Both the position numbers and the translations under genes were made by a program. Positions 47,949 through 58,172 of a stretch of 64,000 nt of DNA are shown here, piece by piece (positions within the stretch are counted from its first letter, which is position 1; each line of letters starts with the position of its first letter). Under the pieces are notes generated by a model. The model made no database searches. It saw only the letters and a program-made list of their open reading frames with translations, and had not been told where the DNA came from. The stretch comes from Candidatus Magasanikiibacteriota bacterium (GTDB taxonomy: Bacteria; Patescibacteriota; Patescibacteriia; Magasanikbacterales; GWA2-37-8), in NCBI GenBank assembly GCA_041678665.1, contig JBAYNU010000002.1, positions 5,039 to 69,038 on the forward strand, written 5' to 3'.

Positions 47949-49733
47949 TTAGTTTATGAACCCGCCCGCCTGAATACTCCAAAGCTTCTTGTAAACACCA
48001 GAAGTTTTTTTGACCAAATCCGCGTGCGTCCCCTCTTCAATAATTCCGCCTTCGCCAATCACAATAATTCGATCCATTTTCATGATAGTAGATAAACGGT
48101 GCGCCACGGTAATCACAGTTTTGTTTTTCATTAGATTGACAAGCGCATCTTGAATCAGATGTTCGGATTCAGAGTCCAAACTGGAAGTGGCTTCGTCCAT
48201 AATAAGAATCGGCGCGCCCCGTAAAATCGCGCGCGCAATCGCCACGCGCTGACGCTCACCGCCGGAAAGTTTTACTCCCCGCTCTCCCACAAAAGTATTA
48301 TATCCTTCGGAAAATTCGGATATAAACTCGTGACAATGCGCGAGCCGCGCGGCTACAAATACTTCTTCGTCGGTCGCGTCAAATTTTCCGTAACGAATAT
48401 TTTCCATTAAACTGCGATGAAATAAAATTGGATCCTGGGGCACATAGCTTACTGCCGCCCACAAACTTTCCAGTTTAACATCGGTGATATCATTCCCATC
48501 AATCAAAATCCGACCGCTGTCAATATCATACAAGCGCAACAATAATCTGGTAATGGTGGTCTTGCCGGCTCCCGACGGCCCCACAAACGCTACCTTTTCA
48601 CGCGAACTAATAGTCAAAGAAAAATCATTCAACACGCGCCGAGTTTCATTATAGCTAAAACAAACCTTATCAAAAACCACTTTCCCGTCTGTCGCTTGTA
48701 AATTTTTCGCTCGCGACTTATCCGCCACACCGTGCGGGGTTTTGAGAATTTCGGTCATCTCTTCGGCGTCGGCCATTTCTTGAAAAATATGGCGCATCAC
48801 CTTGCCGAAATCCCAAATCTTCATAAAAACGATAATCACATAGGATTGCAGTAATACAAAATCGCCAATTGTAAATTGTCCGGCTTGCCATAATTTTAAT
48901 CCATAGTAAAAAGCCACAAATTCCAAAATAAAAATCAAAAAACCCTGAACCGCTTCCACAGTATTATTGATATTCCAAGAGAACTTGCGCAAACGACGTA
49001 ATTTATCCAGCGCTACATCAAATAGACTGGTTTCTTTATTATAACCACCAAATAATTTTACATTGGTTTGGTTGGTAATGGTGTCTGCCAAAATAGCGGT
49101 AGTGGCCGACTCGGCTTCACTGCGTCTGATATCATAGGGCATCTTGAACTTAATCAATAGCCAATTGACGGTAAAAAATAAAGCTAACCACGCCAACATA
49201 ATATAACCCAAAAGATGACTCTTAAAAAATAACACCGCGATGACGACTGACAAGTTTATTACCAAAGGCAAAAGATTATATACCAGTCGATCCGCCAAAC
49301 CTTCAAACGCGCGTGTAAACCAATTAACCCGTTTTACCAAAGAACCCACAAAACTGCTGTTAAAAAAAGCGTAGGAATGCAAATGAAGATACCTAAAACA
49401 GGTATTGGCCAAATCCTTGAGCATCCAACTCTCCAAACTTACCAAAGTAAAAGTTTGGATGCGCCAAAACGCCCAATGTGTGAAATTGAGCGCTAAAATA
49501 ATAAGCAAAACAAACAATAAGGCATCAATAGAATTATTTTGACCAATTGATAAAATATCAAAGAATTTCTTGTAATACAGTGGAATAATCACATCAAATA
49601 CCGAAGCAAAAATTGTAGACAAAAATACCACTATCCCAAGCCAAGGATAGCGTTTTAGATGCTGCCAGTAAATTTTCATTGTCAATTTAGTATTATTTTG
49701 CATAAAATTTAGGAAAACACGACAAATCCGCAA
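47949..49733 (-). CDS. ABC transporter, fused permease/ATPase exporter (MsbA-like)
   Basis: 6 TM N-terminal domain; Walker A GPSGAGKTT, LSGGERQRVAIARA signature, Walker B ILIMDEATS. Confidence 0.9.
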   Translation of the reverse strand: MRICRVFLNFMQNNTKLTMKIYWQHLKRYPWLGIVVFLSTIFASVFDVIIPLYYKKFFDILSIGQNNSIDALLFVLLIILALNFTHWAFWRIQTFTLVSLESWMLKDLANTCFRYLHLHSYAFFNSSFVGSLVKRVNWFTRAFEGLADRLVYNLLPLVINLSVVIAVLFFKSHLLGYIMLAWLALFFTVNWLLIKFKMPYDIRRSEAESATTAILADTITNQTNVKLFGGYNKETSLFDVALDKLRRLRKFSWNINNTVEAVQGFLIFILEFVAFYYGLKLWQAGQFTIGDFVLLQSYVIIVFMKIWDFGKVMRHIFQEMADAEEMTEILKTPHGVADKSRAKNLQATDGKVVFDKVCFSYNETRRVLNDFSLTISSREKVAFVGPSGAGKTTITRLLLRLYDIDSGRILIDGNDITDVKLESLWAAVSYVPQDPILFHRSLMENIRYGKFDATDEEVFVAARLAHCHEFISEFSEGYNTFVGERGVKLSGGERQRVAIARAILRGAPILIMDEATSSLDSESEHLIQDALVNLMKNKTVITVAHRLSTIMKMDRIIVIGEGGIIEEGTHADLVKKTSGVYKKLWSIQAGGFIN

Positions 49734-49761
49734 AGGCGGATCGTTATATAATTATATAATC

Positions 49762-49986
49762 TCATTCGCTCAGAAATGTCTTTGTAAACAAAGCCACTTC
49801 TTCGCTCACTGCTATTATAGATGACGCGATAAACAAAAAAATGTTACAGTGGTAACATAAAAATTTGGACGCTAATCCATTCTCAAGACAAAGTTTATTA
49901 TTTTTCGCTGCAACCGCACCCGCAGCCATTGCCGCACTTGCAACAATGATAGCACACCGACTCTTGACAAGCGCAGCGGTCATCAT
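49762..49986 (-). CDS. ORF of 74 aa (Ala-rich N-terminus, hydrophobic C-terminus). Frame is ambiguous with the Cys-rich 42-aa ORF at 49898..50026.
   Basis: listed in ORF track; its third-codon-position composition fits the genome better than the alternative frame does. Confidence 0.2.
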   Translation of the reverse strand: MMTAALVKSRCAIIVASAAMAAGAVAAKNNKLCLENGLASKFLCYHCNIFLFIASSIIAVSEEVALFTKTFLSE

Positions 49987-50026
49987 CTTTTTCCAGAGGC
50001 ATGTTGCATTCTACGCATTTTTCCAT
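49898..50026 (-). CDS. alternative-frame 42-aa Cys-rich peptide MEKCVECNMPLEKDDDRCACQESVCYHCCKCGNGCGCGCSEK (11 Cys)
   Basis: hand translation of minus strand; overlaps the 74-aa ORF in another frame; no clear SD. Confidence 0.25.
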   Translation of the reverse strand: MEKCVECNMPLEKDDDRCACQESVCYHCCKCGNGCGCGCSEK

Positions 50027-50169
50027 ACAAAGAAGGAATAAAGAATAAGGATTAAGGAATAAACGAACACAAAATATATTTACTCCTTAATTTTTATTCC
50101 TTACTCATTATTATACCACAACCAAAAAACCCGGCAATACAACCGGGCTTTCGTGTCAAGTAGGGTAAA

Positions 50170-50604
50170 TTATTGGCTCTTGGGGAGACGCTTGTACTTC
50201 TTTCCAACATTAATGCGGTTCATTTCGCGATCAATCACGGCTTGTAAACGGGCATAATCCACATCTTGAACATTTTTGATTTTTTCCATTTGTTCCTGTG
50301 CTCTTTTATGGGCTTCCTGCGCCCTCGCGACATCAATTTCTTCTACCCGTTCAGCATTATCGGCCAAAATAACAATTTCGTTATTACCGCGCACTTCCAA
50401 AAATCCACCGGCCACGGCAATTGGATGATCCCCCGCTTTATCCACAATACGCATCTCCCCGGCTTTGAGAACGGAAACAAGCGGAATATGATTGGGCATA
50501 ACCGTAATTTCACCGTCCATGGTGGGGATGGTTACTTGCGTTACTTCGGTATTTTCGTAAACCACCTTTTCGGGGGTCGCTATCTTAAATCTTAGATTTG
50601 ACAT
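50170..50604 (-). CDS. atpC: F1 ATP synthase epsilon subunit
   Basis: beta-sandwich plus C-terminal helices; last gene of the atp operon. Confidence 0.85.
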   Translation of the reverse strand: MSNLRFKIATPEKVVYENTEVTQVTIPTMDGEITVMPNHIPLVSVLKAGEMRIVDKAGDHPIAVAGGFLEVRGNNEIVILADNAERVEEIDVARAQEAHKRAQEQMEKIKNVQDVDYARLQAVIDREMNRINVGKKYKRLPKSQ

Positions 50605-50673
50605 ATTTATTTACGATACACGATACATGGAAAATGATACATTTGTATATTATTCCATGTATTTTGCATGCTG

Positions 50674-52065
<1,392 letters not shown>

Positions 52066-52434
52066 TTAAGAGTTGGTTTTAAGATAATTAATAATATGAT
52101 CTAAAAATAATTTTCCTTTCTCGATATCATCATCTGTAGTCCGATCTGGATCGCGCTTAGGCATCGCTTGGACAAACTCGATAAAATTTTCACACTCACT
52201 TCGTATTTCTGTGCTAAGTGTTTGGTCCCTTCTTAATAGACTTACTATTTCTGACGCAATACTCGAAAACCAAGCACCACGACATCTATAATTATAATAA
52301 TTAGGATGGTCTGGTTTTAAAATCTCCGACGGTATATCATCTGTCCACTTTCTGTCATCCCGTAACTCTAGGATATTCTCCAAAACTTGTTTTCTGATTA
52401 ATTCGACCGGGTATCCTTGGGTTTCTGTGCTCAT
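52066..52434 (-). CDS. hypothetical protein inserted between atpG and atpD
   Basis: 122 aa, acidic, no recognisable family; not a canonical atp operon member. Confidence 0.5.
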   Translation of the reverse strand: MSTETQGYPVELIRKQVLENILELRDDRKWTDDIPSEILKPDHPNYYNYRCRGAWFSSIASEIVSLLRRDQTLSTEIRSECENFIEFVQAMPKRDPDRTTDDDIEKGKLFLDHIINYLKTNS

Positions 52435-52439
52435 AAACG

Positions 52440-53399
52440 TTATTCCAACGCCGCCGATCCACCGGCGATTTCCGCAATTTCTTGCGTGATGCCGGCCTGG
52501 CGGGCTTTGTTAAAATTCAAATTTAATTCTTTGATCATATCGGTGGCCGCTTCAGACGCGTTTTTCATGGCCATCATGCGGGCGCTGTGTTCGCTGGCGG
52601 ACGATTCCAAAAGCGCTTGAAAAATTTGCGTTTCTACCAAACGCGGTAAAATAATTTTTAAAACCTCGGTACGATTTGGTTCAAATAAATATTCGCCTAG
52701 TTCGATTTTTGGTTCGCTTACTCCTTGTTCCTTATTCTTTATTCCTTCATTATCCCCGATCATCTTTTCCAAATCCACTTCCGACACCGGCAAAACCTGT
52801 CTTAACTTAGCCACCTGCGCGATGGCCGATTTAAAATCGGTGTAAGCCACTACCACCTTGTCGTATTTGCCGGATTCGTAATCCGCAATTATTGTACGCG
52901 CAGCCGGCAAAATATCTTTGAGCCCGGGAGTATCTGGCAGTCCGGTATAAGACGCGGTTAAATTGTATTTCATTTTTTTGGCAAATTCGGCGCCTTTTTT
53001 TCCAATTCCCAAAACATCCACCTCAATATTATCGGACGGCTCTACTACTTTTCCGGCCACGCGCTGGCGACTAATATTTTTGGGATCCTGGAGTTGCGCC
53101 GCCGTCTTGCGAATGATATTGGCATTGAAACTGCCGCACAGCCCGCGATTGCTGGTAATCAAGATCACTAATAATTTTTTCACCGGCCTAATATCCATAA
53201 GAGCAATGCCTTCGCGCTCGCCTTTGGAAAGATTTACCAAAAGATCCCAGGCCATTTTGGCATAGGTGCGCGTGTTTTGCGCCGCTTCCACCGCTTTTCT
53301 CATCTTGACGGCGGACATCATTTCCATGGCTTTGGTAATCTTTTTGGTATTACCCACGGATTTGATGCGACGTTTGATTGCTTTGGTATTTACGGCCAT
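52440..53399 (-). CDS. atpG: F1 ATP synthase gamma subunit (contains a family-B repeat-derived segment)
   Basis: N-terminal IKRRIKSVGNTKKITKAMEMMSAVKMRKA; start taken at MAVNTK (ORF track extends to 53408 with a non-ATG start). Confidence 0.9.
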   Translation of the reverse strand: MAVNTKAIKRRIKSVGNTKKITKAMEMMSAVKMRKAVEAAQNTRTYAKMAWDLLVNLSKGEREGIALMDIRPVKKLLVILITSNRGLCGSFNANIIRKTAAQLQDPKNISRQRVAGKVVEPSDNIEVDVLGIGKKGAEFAKKMKYNLTASYTGLPDTPGLKDILPAARTIIADYESGKYDKVVVAYTDFKSAIAQVAKLRQVLPVSEVDLEKMIGDNEGIKNKEQGVSEPKIELGEYLFEPNRTEVLKIILPRLVETQIFQALLESSASEHSARMMAMKNASEAATDMIKELNLNFNKARQAGITQEIAEIAGGSAALE

Positions 53400-53425
53400 A
53401 CTTAACAATATACAAAATACATGGA

Positions 53426-53797
53426 TTACGATACACTTTCTATTTTTTCTTCTAATTTATCTATTGTCACCCAAATCATTTTTCCTATTTCATTAGACAT
53501 TTCCAAACCGACATTATATTCATCTTTACTAATCCAGTTCTGAATAAACGCGAAATATATTATATACTTACATTCTTGCGACGAACCATGTGATATCTCA
53601 TAAAAATTTAACTTAACTTTGTCTCGCCTACGCGCGTATCCCTCAACATAATTCAACATTATAGACATTGATGCTCGGCGCAACTGCGAACTAACGCCAT
53701 ACAATTCATTACTTGGAAAATTTTTCACTATCTGATAACAGTATAAAACGAATCTATTAATTTTATTTTTCAACAATACATGAAATTTTCCCTCCAT
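53426..53797 (-). CDS. four-helix-bundle protein (23S rRNA intervening-sequence protein family) inserted between atpA and atpG
   Basis: LRRASMSIMLNYVEGYARR...HGSSQECKYIIYFA core matches the TIGR02436-type four-helix-bundle family; flanked by inverted repeats. Confidence 0.75.
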   Translation of the reverse strand: MEGKFHVLLKNKINRFVLYCYQIVKNFPSNELYGVSSQLRRASMSIMLNYVEGYARRRDKVKLNFYEISHGSSQECKYIIYFAFIQNWISKDEYNVGLEMSNEIGKMIWVTIDKLEEKIESVS

Positions 53798-53828
53798 ATA
53801 AATTTGTATATTTTTCCATGTATATTGT

Positions 53829-55319
53829 CTATTGTTTCACAAACTCTTCACAAGCCCCCTTCAATTCCGCTTCAATCTTTTCATCCCAATCCGCTTTGGC
53901 GATTTTGCTCAAAAGCGCGGATTTGGAACGATTGAAAAATTCATGAAATTTATTTTCCCATGTTTGCATCCCGGCTACCGGCACGTTATCGGCAAAACCA
54001 TTGGACACGGCGTAAATAATTGCCACTTGGTTGGCCACATTCATCGGCTGATATTGCGGTTGTTTGAGCACTTCCACTAAACGCTGGCCCAAATCAATTT
54101 GTTTTTTGGTGGCTGGATCAAGGTCGGACGCAAACTGGGCAAACGCTTCCAACTCACGGAACTGGCCCATGTTTAATTTTAATTTGCCAGCGACTTTTTT
54201 CATGGGTTTAATTTGAGCATCACCACCTACACGCGACACGGATAAGCCCACATTTACGGCCGGGCGAATACCACGGAAATACAAATCCGATTCCAAAAAT
54301 ATCTGACCGTCGGTAATGGAAATTACATTGGTAGGAATATAGGCGGTCACATCACCGGCTTGAGTTTCGATAATTGGTAAAGCGGTAATGGATCCACCGC
54401 CGGCTTCTTTATTGCGGCGACAAGCGCGCTCCAAAAGACGAGAATGAAGATAAAACACATCACCCGGATAGGCCTCGCGACCCGGTGGGCGACGCAGTAA
54501 AAGCGAAATTTCACGGTAAGCCCAAGCCTGTTTAGATAAGTCATCATACACGCAGAGCACATCTTTACCTTGGTCCATAAAATATTCCGCCATGGCCACA
54601 CCGGCATAGGGCGCAATATAAGAAAGTGAAGCGGGCTGCGACGCGCCAGCCACCACGACGATTGTATAGTCCATAGCGCCATGTTCTTTGAGTTTAGCTA
54701 CAATACGCGCGATCTTGGATTCTTTTTGACCGATGGCCACATACACACAAATCATGTTCTGACCTTTTTGATTGATAATTGTATCAATGGCCAAAGCAGT
54801 TTTCCCAATCTGGCGATCGCCAATGATAAGTTCGCGCTGACCGCGCCCAATTGGAAACATAGCATCAATAGATTTAATGCCGGTCTGCACTGGTTGGTTA
54901 ACCCGTTCGCGCTTCATTACACCTGGAGCAATTTTTTCGATTGGATAAAACTTTTCGGTTTTAATTTCCACACCGCCATCAATTGCTTTGCCCAAAGGAT
55001 TTACCACACGACCAATAAGTTGTTCACCTACTGGAACAGATAAAATGCGACCAGTGCGCTTAACAGTATCACCTTCTTTAATATGGGTATATTCACCCAA
55101 AAGCACCGAGCCAACGGTTTCTTCCTCGAGGTTTAAGGCCACACCATATGTACCGCCAGAAAACTCAAGCATTTCGCTGGCCTGACATTGCGAAAGTCCA
55201 CTCATACGAGCAATTCCGTCGCCGACTTCGATTACTTTTCCCACTTCTTCCACTTCTACTTGTTTTTCAAAAGCGGAAATATTTTTGCGCAGTTCTTCTA
55301 CTATGGAATTGATAGACAT
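53829..55319 (-). CDS. atpA: F1 ATP synthase alpha subunit
   Basis: GDRQIGKT P-loop; start at [10 protein letters not shown]. Confidence 0.95.
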   Translation of the reverse strand: MSINSIVEELRKNISAFEKQVEVEEVGKVIEVGDGIARMSGLSQCQASEMLEFSGGTYGVALNLEEETVGSVLLGEYTHIKEGDTVKRTGRILSVPVGEQLIGRVVNPLGKAIDGGVEIKTEKFYPIEKIAPGVMKRERVNQPVQTGIKSIDAMFPIGRGQRELIIGDRQIGKTALAIDTIINQKGQNMICVYVAIGQKESKIARIVAKLKEHGAMDYTIVVVAGASQPASLSYIAPYAGVAMAEYFMDQGKDVLCVYDDLSKQAWAYREISLLLRRPPGREAYPGDVFYLHSRLLERACRRNKEAGGGSITALPIIETQAGDVTAYIPTNVISITDGQIFLESDLYFRGIRPAVNVGLSVSRVGGDAQIKPMKKVAGKLKLNMGQFRELEAFAQFASDLDPATKKQIDLGQRLVEVLKQPQYQPMNVANQVAIIYAVSNGFADNVPVAGMQTWENKFHEFFNRSKSALLSKIAKADWDEKIEAELKGACEEFVKQ

Positions 55320-55324
55320 AATAA

Positions 55325-55403
55325 ATTTAATTAACAATTAACAATAAACAACTAACAAGTCAGCATACCGATTTGTTAATTGCTAATTGTTAGTTGTTAA
55401 TTT
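55325..55403. repeat. AT-rich inverted repeat built from AATTAACAA units (family C), atpH-atpA intercistronic
   Basis: AATTAACAATTAACAATAAACAACTAACAA ... TTGTTAATTGCTAATTGTTAGTTGTTAATT; same unit string at 671-704 inside alaS. Confidence 0.5.
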
Positions 55404-55406
55404 GCT

Positions 55407-55799
55407 TTATGATAATTTTTGTTTTAATCGCGCTAATTGTCTTTTTACACTCGCATCAAAAATAACTTCATCGGACTTAACTACTACTCCGCCAATAATA
55501 TCTTTATCTACAATCGGTGTAACTTCGCCTTGACTGGAAAAAACATCACCAATTTTAATTAATTCCTTATCGCTCATGCCACGAGCCGTTACCACATCCA
55601 AAGACACTATCCCCTGTTCTTTTTTGGCGTATTTTACAAATTCAGCAATTACCCGTTCGGCTTGTTTTAATTTATGCGCGCGCGCCAAAATTTTTACAAA
55701 TTCCGCGAGGATAATATGTAATTTTTCACCCTTCAAATCTTTGGTCAGCTCATACAAAGCTTTGGCGTATTGGGTTGTAGTGGTTTTCTTTTTGGGCAT
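55407..55799 (-). CDS. atpH: F1 ATP synthase delta (OSCP) subunit, short form
   Basis: OSCP-like helices; start placed at MPKKK because the 28 codons upstream are the translation of repeat 55814..55915. Confidence 0.7.
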   Translation of the reverse strand: MPKKKTTTTQYAKALYELTKDLKGEKLHIILAEFVKILARAHKLKQAERVIAEFVKYAKKEQGIVSLDVVTARGMSDKELIKIGDVFSSQGEVTPIVDKDIIGGVVVKSDEVIFDASVKRQLARLKQKLS

Positions 55800-55813
55800 A
55801 ATTGTTTTCGTTG

Positions 55814-55915
55814 TTGTCATCCTGAGTGAGCGAAGCGAATCGAAGAATCTGTGATTATTCGCCGATAAATTCTTCGACTTCATTCACCTTTGGCTCATTT
55901 CGCTCAGAATGACAA
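55814..55915. repeat. family A palindromic repeat copy, atpF-atpH intercistronic
   Basis: TTGTCATCCTGAGTGAGCGAAGCGAATCGAAGAATC...GAATTCTTCGAC...CGCTCAGAATGACAA. Confidence 0.7.
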
Positions 55916-55927
55916 ACGTATTACTGC

Positions 55928-56485
55928 TTACTTCTTTACACTATCAAGCATCTCCTCAATAATTTTCTTGTCCTTTTTCTCATCAATTTTTTCACTCAAA
56001 ATCTTTTCCAGGGCAGACACAATTAATCCAGCGGTTTCTTCTTTTAAATCCTTAACCATACTTTCTTTCTCGGTTTTAATATTGCGTCTGGCCGTTTCTA
56101 CTAATCCTTCAATCTCTTTTTTGGCTTTTACTTTTAATTCTTCCGACATTTTACCGGCTTCAACATTGGTCTTTTCCAAAATTTTGTTGGCTTCCACTTT
56201 GGCGGTGTCGATACGCGCTTGATAATCGCGCTCGCCACGACGCAAAGTTTCTTCAACTTTTTTGGAATTTTCGATACTATCATCAATCATTTTCTGACGC
56301 TCGACCATCTTCTTGGTGATTGGTTTTAGTATCAAATACCAAACCACTACCATTACAATGGCAAAATTAATGGCTTGAAATACAAATAATTGGCCATTAA
56401 TGCCAAGCGATGCCAAAACACCGGTATCGGCGGTCACCTCTGTGTGTTCGCTGGTGGTTTCTAAATTAATTTGTTCCATAATCAT
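55928..56485 (-). CDS. atpF: Fo ATP synthase b subunit
   Basis: single N-terminal TM followed by long charged helix. Confidence 0.85.
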   Translation of the reverse strand: MIMEQINLETTSEHTEVTADTGVLASLGINGQLFVFQAINFAIVMVVVWYLILKPITKKMVERQKMIDDSIENSKKVEETLRRGERDYQARIDTAKVEANKILEKTNVEAGKMSEELKVKAKKEIEGLVETARRNIKTEKESMVKDLKEETAGLIVSALEKILSEKIDEKKDKKIIEEMLDSVKK

Positions 56486-56502
56486 GAAATGTTAAATTAT
56501 CA

Positions 56503-56545
56503 AACTGTTAAATTGTCACAAAAGCAATTTGACAATTTAACAGTT
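56503..56545 (-). promoter_or_regulatory. perfect 16-bp stem-loop between atpE and atpF (candidate mRNA stability/processing element)
   Basis: AACTGTTAAATTGTCA-N11-TGACAATTTAACAGTT, 18 nt upstream of the atpF start codon. Confidence 0.5.
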
Positions 56546-56604
56546 TAGCAATTTAGCGCAAACGATCTGATTTGACCAGACCAAAATTGATCCAGTCAAT
56601 CAAA

Positions 56605-56826
56605 CTATTTGAGGGTGAAAACGACAACCAACGCGTAGATCGCGATGGCCTCGGCAAACGCGGCACCGAGTAACATTGGCACAAATACCTTGCCCGAAGC
56701 CTCCGGATTGCGTCCGATGGCTTCCATAGCCTTGGCGACTAAACGACCAATAGCCAAAGCCGGACCAATACCGCCAATGGCGATAGCCAAGGCCTTAGCT
56801 AGGGCCAACACTGATGCGTGTTCCAT
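56605..56826 (-). CDS. atpE: Fo ATP synthase c subunit
   Basis: 73 aa helical hairpin with GRNPEA loop and carboxylate-bearing second helix. Confidence 0.9.
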   Translation of the reverse strand: MEHASVLALAKALAIAIGGIGPALAIGRLVAKAMEAIGRNPEASGKVFVPMLLGAAFAEAIAIYALVVVFTLK

Positions 56827-56959
56827 ATTTTTAGACCTTTACGACACAACTTCGACGAAGGGAAAATATTTTTTACTTCGCAAAGTTACATCTTTATTAA
56901 AACATTAAAGCATGAAAACATTAAAACAAACTGTTTTTATGTTCTCGTGTTCTGGTGTT

Positions 56960-57736
56960 TTAATGTTCGCTTTCGCCGTGCGGCGCCGTGGTCATTACTG
57001 TGAGATATACCAAGGTCAACATGGTAAATACCGCCGCTTGAATCAAACCGACTAAAATTTCCAAAAGCATAAACGGGGTTGGTACAAATAACCCTACCAA
57101 ACTACTCATCACTGTCATTAAAACTTCGCCAGCAAAAATATTACCAAATAACCGCAAAGATAAAGATAATACTTTGGCCATTTCCGAAATAATTTCCAAA
57201 ATCCCCACGAATAATTCAATAAAAGCGGTAAATATAGCGATCGGTCCCTTTTTTAAACTTTTAATAAAACTGCCGATTTGAATAAATTTGTTTAGATGAG
57301 TAAAAAGACCCACGGTAATAAAACCAAACAAATGTGAAACCACTACCGATGTCAAAGCCATGGCTACAGTAAGATTAAGATCGGTGTTGGCCGGACGCAA
57401 TAACATTTTACCGCCCCAAGTAATGGAACCGGTACCAGGAATAAGACCGAGCCAATTGGAGAGTAAAATAAAAAAGAAAACCGAACCGACGATGGGCAAA
57501 AAACGCATAGTCTTTTTTCGATCTCCGGTTACTTGATCAAAATATCCCAATAAAATTTCTAAAAAATATTCAATAAAATTTTGTAATTTTTTGGGGCGAA
57601 GCGAAATTGACTTGCGTAAAATAATACCTAACACCAAAAAAATAATCAAAGCAATCCAAGTATTCAGCATGGTATTGGTGATAGCGAAGCCTCCGATGGT
57701 AGTGAGTGTATCCGGTGCTAATGTCGGTATGTGCAT
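56960..57736 (-). CDS. atpB: Fo ATP synthase a subunit
   Basis: 5-6 TM, conserved Arg-containing helix (LSLRLFGNIFAGE). Confidence 0.9.
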   Translation of the reverse strand: MHIPTLAPDTLTTIGGFAITNTMLNTWIALIIFLVLGIILRKSISLRPKKLQNFIEYFLEILLGYFDQVTGDRKKTMRFLPIVGSVFFFILLSNWLGLIPGTGSITWGGKMLLRPANTDLNLTVAMALTSVVVSHLFGFITVGLFTHLNKFIQIGSFIKSLKKGPIAIFTAFIELFVGILEIISEMAKVLSLSLRLFGNIFAGEVLMTVMSSLVGLFVPTPFMLLEILVGLIQAAVFTMLTLVYLTVMTTAPHGESEH

Positions 57737-57743
57737 AATTGGT

Positions 57744-57801
57744 TTGTCATCCTGAGTGAAACGAAGGATCTAGATTCTTCGACTACGCCTCAGAATGACA
57801 A
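57744..57801. repeat. family A palindromic repeat copy (short form), exactly fills the atpZ-atpB intercistronic gap
   Basis: TTGTCATCCTGAGTGAAACGAAGGATCTAGATTCTTCGACTACGCCTCAGAATGACAA. Confidence 0.7.
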
Positions 57802-57802
57802 T

Positions 57803-58090
57803 TTAATTTAATTTATTATACTGATCCCCGTAGCGCTTGGCCTTTTTTTGTATAATGCGCACAGTAGCGGCAAAGGCTAAAACCAAACAAATTATTAAAA
57901 AAAGAGGATATTTATCAAATTTATTATCTAACCAATTTCCTAATAATACCCCCAACACCGCCGGTACAGCAATAGCTATCCCAAAATCCCCTACGATCCG
58001 CATTGCGAACATATAATAAGCTCGATCGCTGGTTTTTCTTTGCTCGCCAGAGCCTTGACGAAGGCGAGTTTTGTCCGATTCTTCATTCAT
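57803..58090 (-). CDS. AtpZ/AtpI-like small membrane protein preceding the atp operon
   Basis: 95 aa, two TM helices, position upstream of atpB. Confidence 0.55.
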   Translation of the reverse strand: MNEESDKTRLRQGSGEQRKTSDRAYYMFAMRIVGDFGIAIAVPAVLGVLLGNWLDNKFDKYPLFLIICLVLAFAATVRIIQKKAKRYGDQYNKLN

Positions 58091-58172
58091 ACAATATATT
58101 TTTGGACGCCCATATTTTACAGGATTTACTGAAAAAGGTCAAGGGATTTTTAAAATTAATATTGGGGATAAC

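Noticed and set aside
53408-53409. TTG start codon for atpG at 53408 and for atpA at 55337 as given by the ORF track
   Set aside because: Downstream in-frame ATG codons (53399, 55319) coincide with the conserved N-termini of gamma and alpha subunits, and the extra upstream codons overlap repeat or intergenic motifs.
55800-55883. N-terminal 28 codons of the ORF-track version of atpH (MKSKNLSANNHRFFDSLRSLRMTTTKTI)
   Set aside because: This stretch is the translation of the family-A palindromic repeat 55814-55915. The delta subunit homology begins at MPKKK, so the start was moved to 55799.
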